Positions 12,901 through 22,887 of a DNA stretch of 64,000 nt are shown here, piece by piece (positions within the stretch are counted from its first letter, which is position 1; each line of letters opens with the position of its first letter). Source of the stretch: Macrostomum lignano (taxonomy: Eukaryota); the NCBI GenBank assembly GCA_002269645.1, contig NIVC01002498.1, positions 1-64,000 of the forward strand, given 5' to 3'. The translations under genes were made by a program, and so were the position numbers. Below the pieces are notes generated by a model. It was not told the origin of the DNA, ran no database searches, and saw only the letters and a list, made by a program, of their open reading frames with translations.

Positions 12901-15505
12901 AAGCGCCAGCGCAAGGAGGTGGACTACACCGACTCCATCACTGACCAGCAGTTCCTGCGCGCCATCGAGGAGGGTGCGGACGACGACGAGGACGGCTACT
13001 ATGACGACGATGAGCCGGGCCCCTCCAGCCGCGGTGGCGGCGCCTCCGGCCGGAAGCGCGGCGGCGGCAGCGGCGGCGGCGCCAAGCGGAAGAAGCGCGA
13101 GTCCACCGACCCGGAGGAGCCGCAGTCCAAGAAGCGCCGCGGCCGGCCGCCGCAGTCGTCCATAACGCCGAATCCGCCTCGGTTGACTCGGCTGATGAAC
13201 CGCCTGCTGGACATCATCCTGACCTACCGGGACAGCGACGGCCGGGTGCTCAGCGAGCCCTTCGTCAAGCTGCCCAGCCGCAAGGAGCTGCCGGATTACT
13301 ACGAGGTGATCCGCAAGCCCATGGATTTCGCCAAGATCCGGACGAAAATCCGCGAGCACCGCTACCGCGCCGTGGACGACCTCGTGTCCGACGTGCAGCT
13401 GCTGTGCCGCAACGCACAGATGTACAACAAAGATGGCAGCCTCATCTTCGAGGACAGTTTAGTCCTCGCCCAGGTGTGCTCAAGCGCCAGGGAGCAGCTC
13501 AAGCACGAGGAGATTGAGGCGATGCGCCCGGCCCCGCCCAGCCTCGCTGCCCCGCCACCATCTGTTGCCGCAGCTGCCGCCAGCACCGCTGCCTCGGCCT
13601 CTGCATCTGCCGTCTCGCTCGCCGCGTCTGCTTCGGCTTCGGCCCTCTCTGCTGGGCCGGATGACGATGGTAAGTGATCGCTTTGATTACCTTTGCTAAT
13701 CTCATTAATTCATCTCACTCATCAATACCATTATGGAAGCCTATTTTTTCACGTCTATTGTTCTTATATCACGGTTTAAGATCTTCTATTCCCAATCTCC
13801 CTGGTTCCGGAATCCCCTGTTCCCCATCCCCTGTTTTCCTGTTCCCCATCCCCTGTTTTCCTGTTCCCCAATCCCCTGTTTTCCTGTTCCCCAATCCCCT
13901 GTTCCCCATCCCATGTTTTCCTGTCCCCAATCCCCTGTTTCCCATCCCCTGTTTTCCTGTTCCCCAATCCCCTGTTCCCCATCCCCTGTTTCCCTGTTCC
14001 CCAATCCCCTGTTCCCCATCCCCTGTTTCCCTGTTTCCCATCCCCTGTTTTCCTGTTCCCCAATCCCCTGTTCCCCATCCCCTGTTTCCCTGTTTCCCAT
14101 CCCCTGTTTTCCTGTTCCCCAATCCCCTGTTCCCCTGTTTCCCATCCCCTGTTCCCCATCCCCTGTTTTCCTGTTCCCCAATCCCCTGTTCCCCAATCCC
14201 CTGTTCCCCTGTTTCCCATCCCCTGTTCCCCATCCCCTGTTTTCCTGTTCCCCAATCCCCTGTTCCCCATCCCCTGTTTTCCTGTTCCCCAATCCCCTGT
14301 TCCCCATCCCCTGTTTTCCTGTTCCCCAATCCCCTGTTTTCCTGTTCCCCAATCCCCTGTTCCCCATCCCATGTTTTCCTGTCCCCAATCCCCTGTTTCC
14401 CATCCCCTGTTTTCCTGTTCCCCAATCCCCTGTTCCCCATCCCCTGTTTCCCTGTTCCCCAATCCCCTGTTCCCCATCCCCTGTTTCCCTGTTTCCCATC
14501 CCCTGTTTTCCTGTTCCCCAATCCCCTGTTCCCCATCCCCTGTTTCCCTGTTTCCCATCCCCTGTTTTCCTGTTCCCCAATCCCCTGTTCCCTGTTTCCC
14601 ATCCCCTGTTCCCCATCCCCTGTTTTCCTGTTCCCCAATCCCCTGTTCCCCAATCCCCTGTTCCCCTGTTTCCCATCCCCTGTTCCCCATCCCCTGTTTT
14701 CCTGTTCCCCAATCCCCTGTTCCCCATCCCCTGTTTTCCTGTTCCCCAATCCCCTGTTCCCCAATCCCCTGTTCCCCTGTTTCCCATCCCCTGTTTCCAA
14801 TCTTCTGTTCCTCAATTCCCTGTTCCATATCCCTTGTTGCCAGTGGGCGGAGCAGTTCAGCGGTAAACGCGCCTGGCATTCATTTGGGTCTTGTGCACGA
14901 AAATTAGCCGGGAGTTGTTGTGCGATTCACATGCCTGATGATTATGGAGTCAGGGCTGTGCACCCTGTGTGAGCGTGTGTACGGGTGGGTGCCTGCGTGC
15001 AGTATTGGCGCCCTTGTGTGTGGCTCAGGAGTCCGCGGAATGGCCAGAGTTGCCTCAGCGCTGGTTGTGGGGCCGTGTCGCCGAAGGCATTGCGTGCCCC
15101 ACAGGCCTCCTGTGAATATGTACTTTTGTACACCAAGTCCCTATGGCACAGACTTTGCAATCTCTCAATCTACAGTTGTATTAAAGCTACTTAAAGTAGT
15201 CTAAGTCTGGTTTTTTGCGCCTTTGTTATTCCGGGACCTCATAGGATTTTTGGCATAGTGAAAAATGATTATCATGCTATTAGCATCGATTGCGCCACGA
15301 AAAAACCCAGATGTAAGTACAACGCATTGCTTGCTCATTACCAATTGCAGTTAGCAATGCGTCAAGCGGCAAGGTGGGCGCCAGCGGCAGCGGCGGCGCC
15401 AGCAGCGGCGGTGGCGCCACCATCACTAAGAGGCGAATGAAGAAGACAGCGACTAGGAAGAAGTTCACCATCTCGGACGACGAGGATGGTGAAGATTTCT
15501 ACTGA
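1921..15505 (+). CDS. SMARCA2/4: Brahma/BRG1 SWI/SNF ATPase (QLQ, HSA, BRK, SNF2 helicase, SnAC, AT-hook, bromodomain)
   Basis: Exons 1921-5471, 5967-6467, 7005-7234, 8325-8657, 10684-10957, 11675-11943, 12850-13669, 15351-15505; all GT-AG and phase-compatible. An untranslated acceptor (TTTCTCCAG, 1903) implies an upstream non-coding exon or trans-splice site. Motifs: [13 protein letters not shown] (QLQ), [17 protein letters not shown] ([14 protein letters not shown]), [78 protein letters not shown]. Two 1-bp frameshifts in exon 1 (about 1939 and 3587-3591). Confidence 0.95.
5506..5926. repeat. 32-bp tandem array, SMARCA intron 1
   Basis: Unit CTAGATTTTTCTAATCCGCTTATATCTTGTGC. Confidence 0.95.
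6573..6971. repeat. Degenerate (GATT)n microsatellite, intron 2
   Basis: Runs of GATTGATT. Confidence 0.95.
7302..7459 (+). ncRNA. Candidate intronic box H/ACA snoRNA, copy 1 (5' pocket antisense to 5.8S rRNA)
   Basis: Hairpin 1: CCTTCTCG/CGAGAAGG lower stem with pocket TCCTG(C)/ATTCAC. H box ACAGCA (7364-7369). Hairpin 2: CAGTGGCTC/GAGCTGCTG and CAGTGA/TCACTG. ACA box at 7454-7456. Intronic, sense strand. Confidence 0.7.
7545..8176. repeat. 23-bp tandem array, intron 3
   Basis: Unit ATCCCTAATCCTGAGATTTTC(G/T)T. Confidence 0.95.
8669..9238. repeat. 21-bp tandem array, intron 4
   Basis: Unit CCCTAGTCTC(T/G)TGTCTCTGAT. Confidence 0.95.
9397..9576 (+). ncRNA. Candidate intronic box H/ACA snoRNA, copy 2 (paralog)
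   Basis: Same 61-nt 5' hairpin (9397-9457) with an altered loop, H box ACAGCA (9459-9464), and 3' end CTGCTGG-ACA (9571-9573) identical to copy 1. Lower stem partner CCAGCA at about 9508. Confidence 0.62.
9615..10282. repeat. 21-bp tandem array, intron 4
   Basis: Unit GATCCCGAATTTATGGCATTA and variants. Confidence 0.95.
10285..10637. repeat. 28-bp tandem array, intron 4
   Basis: Unit CAGATCCCAAATCTCTATGTTTCAATCT. Confidence 0.95.
11008..11637. repeat. 25-bp tandem array, intron 5
   Basis: Unit GAGTAGGATTGGAGGGCTGGGTATT. Confidence 0.95.
11971..12392. repeat. 20-bp tandem array, intron 6
   Basis: Unit CTTTTAGGGATCTGAGGG(A/T)T. Confidence 0.95.
13811..14826. repeat. About 37-bp modular C-rich tandem array, intron 7
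   Basis: CCCCAATCCCCTGTTCCCCATCCCCTGTTTTCCTGTT and sub-modules. Confidence 0.95.
14845..15110 (+). mobile_element. Diverged member of the SINE family seen at 35004 and 56175
   Basis: Shares ACATGCCT(G/A)ATGAT..AGGGC..TGTGTGAG and GCTCAG..GTC.GCGGAATGG.CAG..TGCCTC.CG.(T)GGTTGTG blocks with the other copies. Confidence 0.5.
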
Positions 15506-16363
15506 TTCAGGGCCGATTGGTCACCCGGAATTGCTGCTTTTACATTATTAACGCATTCTTAACACGTTGCAGTTATTTAACTTATAGCTATTGCACACGC
15601 TCCCCCAGCTATTCTATCCAATTTGTACATGTTTTACTCTCTGTACTATTAGTAGTGTGTCTGTACGCGTGCTCAGTGTGTGTCGCTTTATTTACAAATG
15701 ATAATGCCCCCCGGTTACTGTTCACCCATCTGTGTCCCAGTTATAACTGATTAATTCTGCAATAGGTATAACAAATGCTTCAATTGTTTGCGATATAGTA
15801 CCCATAACTGATTGCTTTATGATACTACTCTTCAAAAGTAGTAATATATATAGAGTGCGCGCTGCAGCTCAGCCAATGTGGTGCGTTTTTTGTTGCGTCT
15901 TAATTGTCATTAATTATTACTACTGCATTAGCTTACTGTTAGTAGTAGTAAACACACATTCACTGCTTTGTAAGTTACGCTATGTTACGCCCTGGGACTT
16001 TTTTCTCTCTCTCTCAAGTTGACGGCTCTCAGTTTCTGTTCGTTGCAGAATTTATAAATAGTCAATATGGATATCCACTTGTGACTGTCTTTATTCCCAT
16101 TGCTGTTGCATCAATTATAGTAATAATCATATTTCCCGTGTTAGCCTGGACGTTGCGAATTTTAGTTAACTTTATATAAAAACTCTGTTTAATAATTTTA
16201 ATAAACTAGTGGCTGAGTTCACGGCTCGCTTTTCCAGTTTTTGTCCCTGACTGTTAAAGTGCACTGGGCCGACCGCTTTGGCCAGCACTGCTTATTATCC
16301 AAATATGAGCACTGCTCAATCACACTTGTTTAATGCAATCTTTTTTATTGATCTATTGATCTC

Positions 16364-17285
16364 AGTTATTCAGTGGGTGCTCAGCCAGCCCCTCAGTCAT
16401 TCAGTGGGTGCTCAGCCAGCCCCTCAGTCATTCAGTGGGTGCTCAGCCAGCCCCTCAGTCATTCAGTGGGTGCTCAGCCAGCCCCTCAGTCATTCAGTGG
16501 GTGCTCAGCCAGCCCCTCAGTCATTCAGTGGGTGCTCAGCCAGCCCCTCAGTCATTCAGTGGGTGCTCAGCCAGTCCCTCAGTCATTCAGTGGATGCTCA
16601 GCCTGCAGTCTCTCAGTCATTCAGTGGATGCTCAGCCTGCAGTCTCTCAGTCATTCAGTGGATGCTCAGCCAGCCCCTCAGTCATTCTGTGGGTGCTCAG
16701 CCTGCAGTCTCTCAGTCATTCTGTGGGTGCTCAGCCTGCAGTCTCTCAGTCATTCAGTGGGTGCTCAGCCTGCTGTCTCTAAGTCATTCTGTGGGTGCTC
16801 AGCCTGCAGTCTCTCAGTCATTCAGTGGATGCTCAGCCAGCCCCTCAGTCATTCTGTGGGTGCTCAGCCTGCAGTCTCTCAGTCATTCTGTGGGTGCTCA
16901 GCCTGCAGTCTCTCAGTCATTCTGTGGGTGCTCAGCCTGCTGTCTCTCAGTCATTCAGTGGGTGCTCAGCCTGCAGTCTCTCAGTCATTCTGTGGGTGCT
17001 CAGCCTGCAGTCTCTCAGTCATTCTGTGGGTGCTCAGCCTGCAGTCTCTCAGTCATTCAGTGGGTGCTCAGCCTGCTGTCTCTCAGTCATTCTGTGGGTG
17101 CTCAGCCTGCTGTCTCTCAGTCATTCAGTGGGTGCTCAGCCTGCTGTCTCTCAGTCATTCTGTGGGTGCTCAGCCTGCTGTCTCTCAGTCATTCAGTGGA
17201 TGCTCAGCCAGCCCCTCAGTCATTCATTGGGTGCTCAGCCTGCGGTCTCTCAGTCATTCATTGGGTGCTCAACCAGCCCCTCAGT
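16364..17285. repeat. 31/35-bp tandem array
   Basis: Unit TCAGTCATTCAGTGGGTGCTCAGCCAGCCCC; longer variant has ..GCCTGCAGTCTC. Confidence 0.95.
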
Positions 17286-17393
17286 CCTTCAGCTGATATA
17301 ATGATGTTGAATGACAACATAATTCATCGTGTGGAAGGTCCGTCCGCCTGATGAATGAGAAATCGGTTTGCTGCGCTTTAGGTTATAGAAACC

Positions 17394-17568
17394 TCTGTCA
17401 CACGCAGGAAATCAGTACTGTGACAGTACTACTGTCACACACAAAAAATCCGTACAGTCACACAGGAAATCAGTACTGTCACACGCAGGAAATCAGTTAT
17501 GTCACACGCAGGAAATCAGTACTGTCACACGCAGGAAATCAGTACTGTCACACGCAGGCAATCAGTAC
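17394..17568. repeat. 23-bp tandem array
   Basis: Unit GTACTGTCACACGCAGGAAATCA. Confidence 0.85.
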
Positions 17569-17619
17569 GCTCGTACTTTACAATCGTAAAGCTCGCAACG
17601 CACTTCGACAGCGATTTTT

Positions 17620-18040
17620 AGGAGATCTACTCCTGACGTCATCTGGTCAGATGGTGGAACAGTTCACTTTTGAGTCATTTAAGGCGCCCCTGAAGAGATA
17701 GAAAGTCGAGCACGGAGCCTCGTCACCAACGTTGCTCAGCAACGTTGAGCAACGTCTGGGCAGCATCTGCAGTAAAAGAAATTAAGAAACTGCTGCGAGG
17801 ATCATGCAACTCAGACAGACACCCTTGACTGGGACAAGGTCTGTCAGGGAAATCCTCATCTGTAATACGCCATGTGATGACGGTCGATCTACAGCACAGA
17901 TTCTTTTTAGCCATCCCATACGAGATTTACTGCCAGCTAGACTACAGTCGAGCGTTCGCAAGAGAATGGCAAAGGGCAGCCTGGTGGAAGAGAAGGCCAA
18001 CAAAGCAAGAGAGCACGTTGCAATATACCAATACTGATGC
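17620..18040 (+). mobile_element. Degenerate Gypsy-type integrase remnant
   Basis: Fragments SSGQMVEQFTFESFKA (resembles SDNGPQFTSEEF) and NTPCDDGRSTAQILFSHPIRDLLP (resembles RNTP..SPAQLLFGRPIR.LP), in broken frames. Confidence 0.5.
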
Positions 18041-18184
18041 AGCCCATCCATATTTCACCATGACTACGTGGCTATCGGGCGAGCTGATATTCGATTATTG
18101 CCATAGACGATTTCATTTTAGCCCGAAACGTCCGGCCGATAATTTACCAATACCATAGACCTTGAGGGCAGAAAGATCTTTCTA

Positions 18185-19062
18185 TAGATAGGGCACTTTG
18201 TATGGCGGTAATAGGGAAAGCGCGACCGCTGTTTTTCGTCATTTATGCGAAAAGAGCCGACATGGGTTGCTTCAATTTTGACTTCAGTAGCTTAGGGACA
18301 TAGACGCTATTTTTTGAGAATTGAATAAAACTTCTGAATTAATCAAACAGCTACTCAATTGAACCAAGAATGATGAATTCACATGAATTCACTGCAGAGA
18401 CTACTAACGAAATTGAGCTCAGTAGTTGATTTACGCGCTGTAGTCTTACGAGATGCAATTTTTTTACATTAGCTTCTATGGCCACATTAGCGGTTAATGA
18501 GTGGCCCGTCTTGTGTACGACGTATTTATGATCTTTGGTCTAACAGCGCTGCTGCTTGTACACCCATCAGTCTGGATGATGCCACACTACTGTTAAAATA
18601 AAAACCAACATCAATGCAATAACATCTTTCAGTAGACAACATTGGTTCCTATTGCTCATTTGTGTATTTATGTCATTACAATCTGCTCAGCAACAAGAGA
18701 AACAGGCTGTGTTGTGCTCACTGATTGCACAGGTCATAGTCGCAGACTACAGTCTCAGTGTACCTCAGCAGGAACTCCCGAGTGACGGGCACACTGATGC
18801 AGTGCTGCACAGAGTCTCCAGCAAAAATTGGCAGCTCCGAGTGCTCCTGCAGCAGCTCCGCGCTCGCCTCGCTCAAGACGCCTTTGAAGCAGCGCCGGCC
18901 GTGCCGGGTGTCCCCGCAGGGCGTCACGCGCTCCTCCGCGACGCCAGCGTACCGCGCATAGCAACTGATCTCGGAGGCCTCAGCAGTGAGTACTGTGCAG
19001 CCCAGAAACACCAGACAGGCTGCTCCTAGTAGAAAGGCTAACTGTCTCATCGCCATGCTGCA
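18185..19062. repeat. Left arm of about 875-bp inverted duplication (partner 21488-22359)
   Basis: Near-identical reverse complement, from TAGATAGGGCACTTTGTATGG to the gene start TGCAGCATG. Confidence 0.95.
18718..19056 (-). CDS. Small secreted Cys-rich protein, three-finger (Ly6/uPAR)-like, copy A, 112 aa
   Basis: Signal peptide MAMRQLAFLLGAACLVFLG, six Cys in the mature part, C-terminal VCDYDLCNQ similar to the LU-domain CC..DLCN motif. Acceptor-like TTCTCTTCCATGCAG directly before the ATG. Confidence 0.7.
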   Translation of the reverse strand: MAMRQLAFLLGAACLVFLGCTVLTAEASEISCYARYAGVAEERVTPCGDTRHGRRCFKGVLSEASAELLQEHSELPIFAGDSVQHCISVPVTREFLLRYTETVVCDYDLCNQ

Positions 19063-19205
19063 TGGAAGAGAAAGACGGGAAGACGGGAATTCCTACAGTG
19101 TCAACAGTCTGCTTGGATTTCGTGCCAGCATTCATCGTTATTTGAAACAGGAGCGCGATATTAAGGTAATTAGGAATTCTGTATTCATCGCCTTCGAGCG
19201 CACGT
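19062..19205 (+). mobile_element. Crypton/DUF3504-like tyrosine-recombinase N-terminal fragment
   Basis: RREDGNSYSVNSLLGFRASIHRYLKQ resembles the RKxDGxxYxxxSLxxxRASIxRYL motif; truncated. Confidence 0.5.
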
Positions 19206-19220
19206 AAGTTTTTCGTGCTA

Positions 19221-19854
19221 CACTCAGCAACATTTAAAACGCAACACTCTAACTAGAAGAAAAATCAACTCACTCAGAAGAGTCAAAGCGCATAGTCTAT
19301 GGTTCAAATCGAGCTTCAGAATCGCGTGTAGCTTCCTCTCGCAAGTAACAGGGCGATGACTATGGACTGTTTTCAGATAAAGTGATCCAGCTGAGAGAAT
19401 GGTTCAACAGATGACAGACGCGGAAAGATGGCGAGCAGTCGGAATGTTGGAAGCAGGTTGTACTCTTCGAACAACAGCTGTTGTACTGCGAAGTTGGTGA
19501 AGCACCGTACCTTTTCTCGCATGAGCCACGCTTCCAGTGGCTCTGCTCTTCTGTAGCAGACGTAAAACTGTTGAAGGCGACCTCCCGAAGTGGTTCGCAA
19601 CTGTTCGAAGAGTACAACCTGCTTCCAACATTCCGACTGCTCGCCATCTTTCCGCGTCTGTCATCTGTTGAACCATTCTCTCAGCTGGATCACTCTATCT
19701 GAAAACAGTCCATAGTCATCGCCCTGTTACTTGCGAGAGGAAGCTACACGCGTTTCTGAAGCTCGATTTGAACCATAGACTATGCGCTTTGACTCTTCTG
19801 AGTGAGTTGATTTTTCTTCTAGTTAGAGTGTTGCGTTTTAAATGTTGCTGAGTG
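19221..19854. mobile_element. Non-autonomous Tc1/mariner foldback made of two element 5' ends
   Basis: 253-bp arms 19221-19473 and 19602-19854, TA on both flanks (19219-20, 19855-56). Minus-strand ORF 19404-19676 MVQQMTDAERWRAVGMLEAGCTLRTVANHFGRSPSTVLRLLQKSRATGSV is a Tc1 paired-like HTH. Confidence 0.85.
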
Positions 19855-20307
19855 TATATTGTTTACTATATGAAAATACCATCCATCATAACGTACTAAC
19901 TGGTTAATAAGTATTTCGTGTTCTTTAATTGTCTATAGTTTACTCAATGTTTGTGCTAAAATATATTCAGTTGTTGTCTATGGCAAAAACGCGCTGCTTC
20001 TTTTACACTGAAAGGATTGAAGATTTCTTTCACATTCCTGCCCGGCAAATTGGATATGAATATACAATTAGTGTTATAGTTAGCACGCGAGAAACAGCGT
20101 TTCACGGCCCGCTGAGTCTGTCTATGGTAAAATCCCATTTACTCCAATGCATTCAGTCGGTTTCACGGCCCGCTGAAAATATCTATGGCAAAGTCAGAAG
20201 AAAGCGGGGTCAAGGGGCGCTAAGCCAAGGAATTCTAAATCTAGCAATTTTAGATTTAGAATTCCTTGGCTAAGCACTCTAGAGAAAGAAGGAAATCTAA
20301 GAAATTG

Positions 20308-20471
20308 TCTATGGCCAAAACTCCTTATTTTGTGAATCGAAAATAGTAACTGACAGTAATCAATGTCAAGCTGCAGTACTAAGCTTTATTTTCGAAATAT
20401 ACAAGTTGTAAAAACATTAACTAGATACTTATATGCATGAGAGTTATTTATTTATTAAAGTCGGCCATAGA
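20308..20471. mobile_element. Short MITE-like element with TCTATGGCC/GGCCATAGA ends
   Basis: 9-bp TIR with AATT-symmetric flanks around an AT-rich core. Confidence 0.4.
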
Positions 20472-20539
20472 TAATTGCAGCGGGCGAGCGCAGCGTTTCA
20501 CCCCGTTTCAACACGCCCAGGCTAACTATAACCTTTGAA

Positions 20540-20789
20540 ACTGCAAGTTGTATTGCGCGGCGCATCTGAAGGCTGCGTACGGCTGTTCAGTCCAAGGACT
20601 GGGGGGTCGCCACACACACCCTCAATTACCCCAGCTAATGCTGGCACCTATTTTGCAGATGGGTGAACTGAAGCAAAGCAGAGGTAAAGAGTCTTGCTCA
20701 AGGACACAAATTGTTTCGAGTGGATCGAGAATCGAATCCCCAGCCTTTCAGCTGTGAGTCCGACGCTCTGACCACTGGGCTACAACCCC
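20540..20789 (-). mobile_element. tRNA-derived SINE with CORE-like central domain
   Basis: Minus strand: GGGGTTGTAGCCCAGTGG (A box), GGATTCGATTC (B box), then GTGTCCTTGAGCAAGACTCTTTACCTCTGCTTTGCTTCAGTTCACCCATCTGCAAAAT, similar to the MIR/CORE block. Confidence 0.7.
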
Positions 20790-21487
20790 TAGTTTTAGTA
20801 GATCGTACATGGTCATGTCTGTGCCACACTTCAGCCATGCCTTCCAGCTATGGCCCAATTCGGTCGCAGTTAAAACCAAATTGATTTCTGTTGTCTATGG
20901 CTTTCTGTGGTTTGTCTGAAATCTCTACCCCCGGCTTAAAAAATGCGAATGCCTACTTGTCTATGGTAAAAAGTCTCTGCTAGATAGATAGTAGAAGTTT
21001 AAGTTCTGCGTCCTGAGTGTTTTTCTTAGTCCTTGTTGCTTATACTCCTAGTTAAATCACCCTAGTTCTTCAAGGTTAGCAGCAAGTCAGGTGAGTCTTG
21101 TTTATTACTGAAGAATTGTTTAATTTAATGAGCGCCAGCTAAACTGCGGTCTGTAACGCGCAAAGTTTTTTTAGTGTTTATAAAAGTTATTTTGGTTACA
21201 AATAGCCTCAGAAATAGTAGGAATGAACCATGTAGAAGTATAGCTGTGTTATAGTGCCTTTAGTTCAAACATTCAGTTCAACTGGGAGGCGATCTTTTTC
21301 TCATTCCTAGCTTAGATACTTGAATATTCACTGTTTGACTAGGAATTTAGGTAAGAATTGGCTTTGCATTTTTTAAGCGGGGCAATTTAAATGAAAAAAT
21401 AATCAGAGAATTTAAAATGACTTCTCTGAACGAAGACAACAAATTAGTAAACATTTTCACTGCTTGATCCGCGCGTTTTCCTGACTC

Positions 21488-22359
21488 TGCAGCATGGCGA
21501 TGAGACAGTTAGCCTTTCTACTAGGAGCAGCCTGTCTGGTGTTTCTGGGCAGCACAGTACTCACTGCTGAGGCCTCCGAGATCAGTTGCTATGCGCGGTA
21601 CGCTGGCGCCGCGGAGGAGCGCGTGACGCCCTGCGGGGACACCCGGCACGGCCGGCGCTGCTTCAAAGGCGTCTTGAGCGAGGCGAGCGCGGAGCTGCTG
21701 CAGGAGCACTCGGAGCTGCCAATTTTTGCTGGAGACTCTGTGCAGCACTGCATCAGTGTGCCCGTCACTCGGAGTACCTGCTGAGGTACACTGAGACTGT
21801 AGTCTGCGACTATGACCTGTGCAATCAGTGAGCACAACACAGCCTGTTTCTCTTGTTGCTGAGCAGATTGTAATGACATAAATACACAAATGAGCAATAG
21901 GAACCAATGTTGTCTACTGAAAGATGTTATTGCATTGATGTTGGTTTTTATTTTAACAGTAGTGTGGCATCATCCAGACTGATGGGTGTACAAGCAGCAG
22001 CGCTGTTAGACCAAAGATCATAAATACGTCGTACACAAGACGGGCCACTCATTAACCGCTAATGTGGCCATAGAAGCTAATGTAAAAAAAATTGCATCTC
22101 GCGACAGCGCGTAAATCAACTACTGAACTCAATTTCGTTAGTAGTCTCTGCAGTGAATTCATGTGAATTCATCATTCTTGGTTCAATTGAGTAGCTGTTT
22201 AATTAATTCAGAAGTTTTATTCGATTCTCAAAAAATAGCGTCTATGTCCCTAAGCTACTGAACTCAAAATTGAAGCAACCCATGTCGGCTCTTTTCGCAT
22301 AAATGACGAAAACAGCGGTCGCGCTTTCCCTATTACCGCCATACAAAGTGCCCTATCTA
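21488..22359. repeat. Right arm of inverted duplication
   Basis: Reverse complement of 18185-19062. Confidence 0.95.
21494..21831 (+). CDS. Three-finger-like secreted protein, copy B (1-bp frameshift at 21771-21772)
   Basis: Near-identical to copy A. GG here versus GGG in copy A splits it into ORFs 21494-21784 and 21586-21831. Acceptor TTTTCCTGACTCTGCAG before the ATG. Confidence 0.65.
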
Positions 22360-22887
22360 GGGAATATAAGATCTATGTGTTAGGCTACACACTGCCATGG
22401 AGCCCCGTTAGGTTGTGGTGTTTTTGCCATAGACAGGTTTTTGCTGACGCAAATGCAGGGTTGAAGATTATTCCAACTCTCCTAGTGGTTAGTGGAGGAA
22501 TGCGCTGGATGGGAGGTTTCTGCCATAGACAGTTGTTTTTCCACACTCTCTTATGGGGTAACTGTGTCTTCAACTTCAAGTAGTGTAGGAAGCCATATAA
22601 ATATTAACCTAACTAATGGACAATGTTTGTGAAGTGCGAAATCGTTAGTCAGTGGGGGATTATCCCTTTGGCATGGAGTTTAAAGTATAGGCGTTTGGAT
22701 AGGAGTTGTGAGCTGCTGCATATGCGTCCCGGGGGTGAGAGATTTCGGGGTGGGAGATTTTGGGGATATGAGATTTCGAGAAAGGGATATTTCAGAGATG
22801 CTAAGGGTAGCTCATATCCAGTCAGCCGGACACCGAGCTCAGCACTGCGGGTCCTCGTCTGCCGCGTAACTCAGGCTGGTCGGCAAC

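Noticed and set aside
13674-14972. 300-430 aa ORFs on both strands (FPIPCSP../GNRGLG..)
   Set aside because: Open in many frames because the C-rich repeat lacks stops; intronic.
16278-17351. 357-aa Cys/Ser-rich ORF
   Set aside because: 31/35-bp satellite that is open in all three frames.
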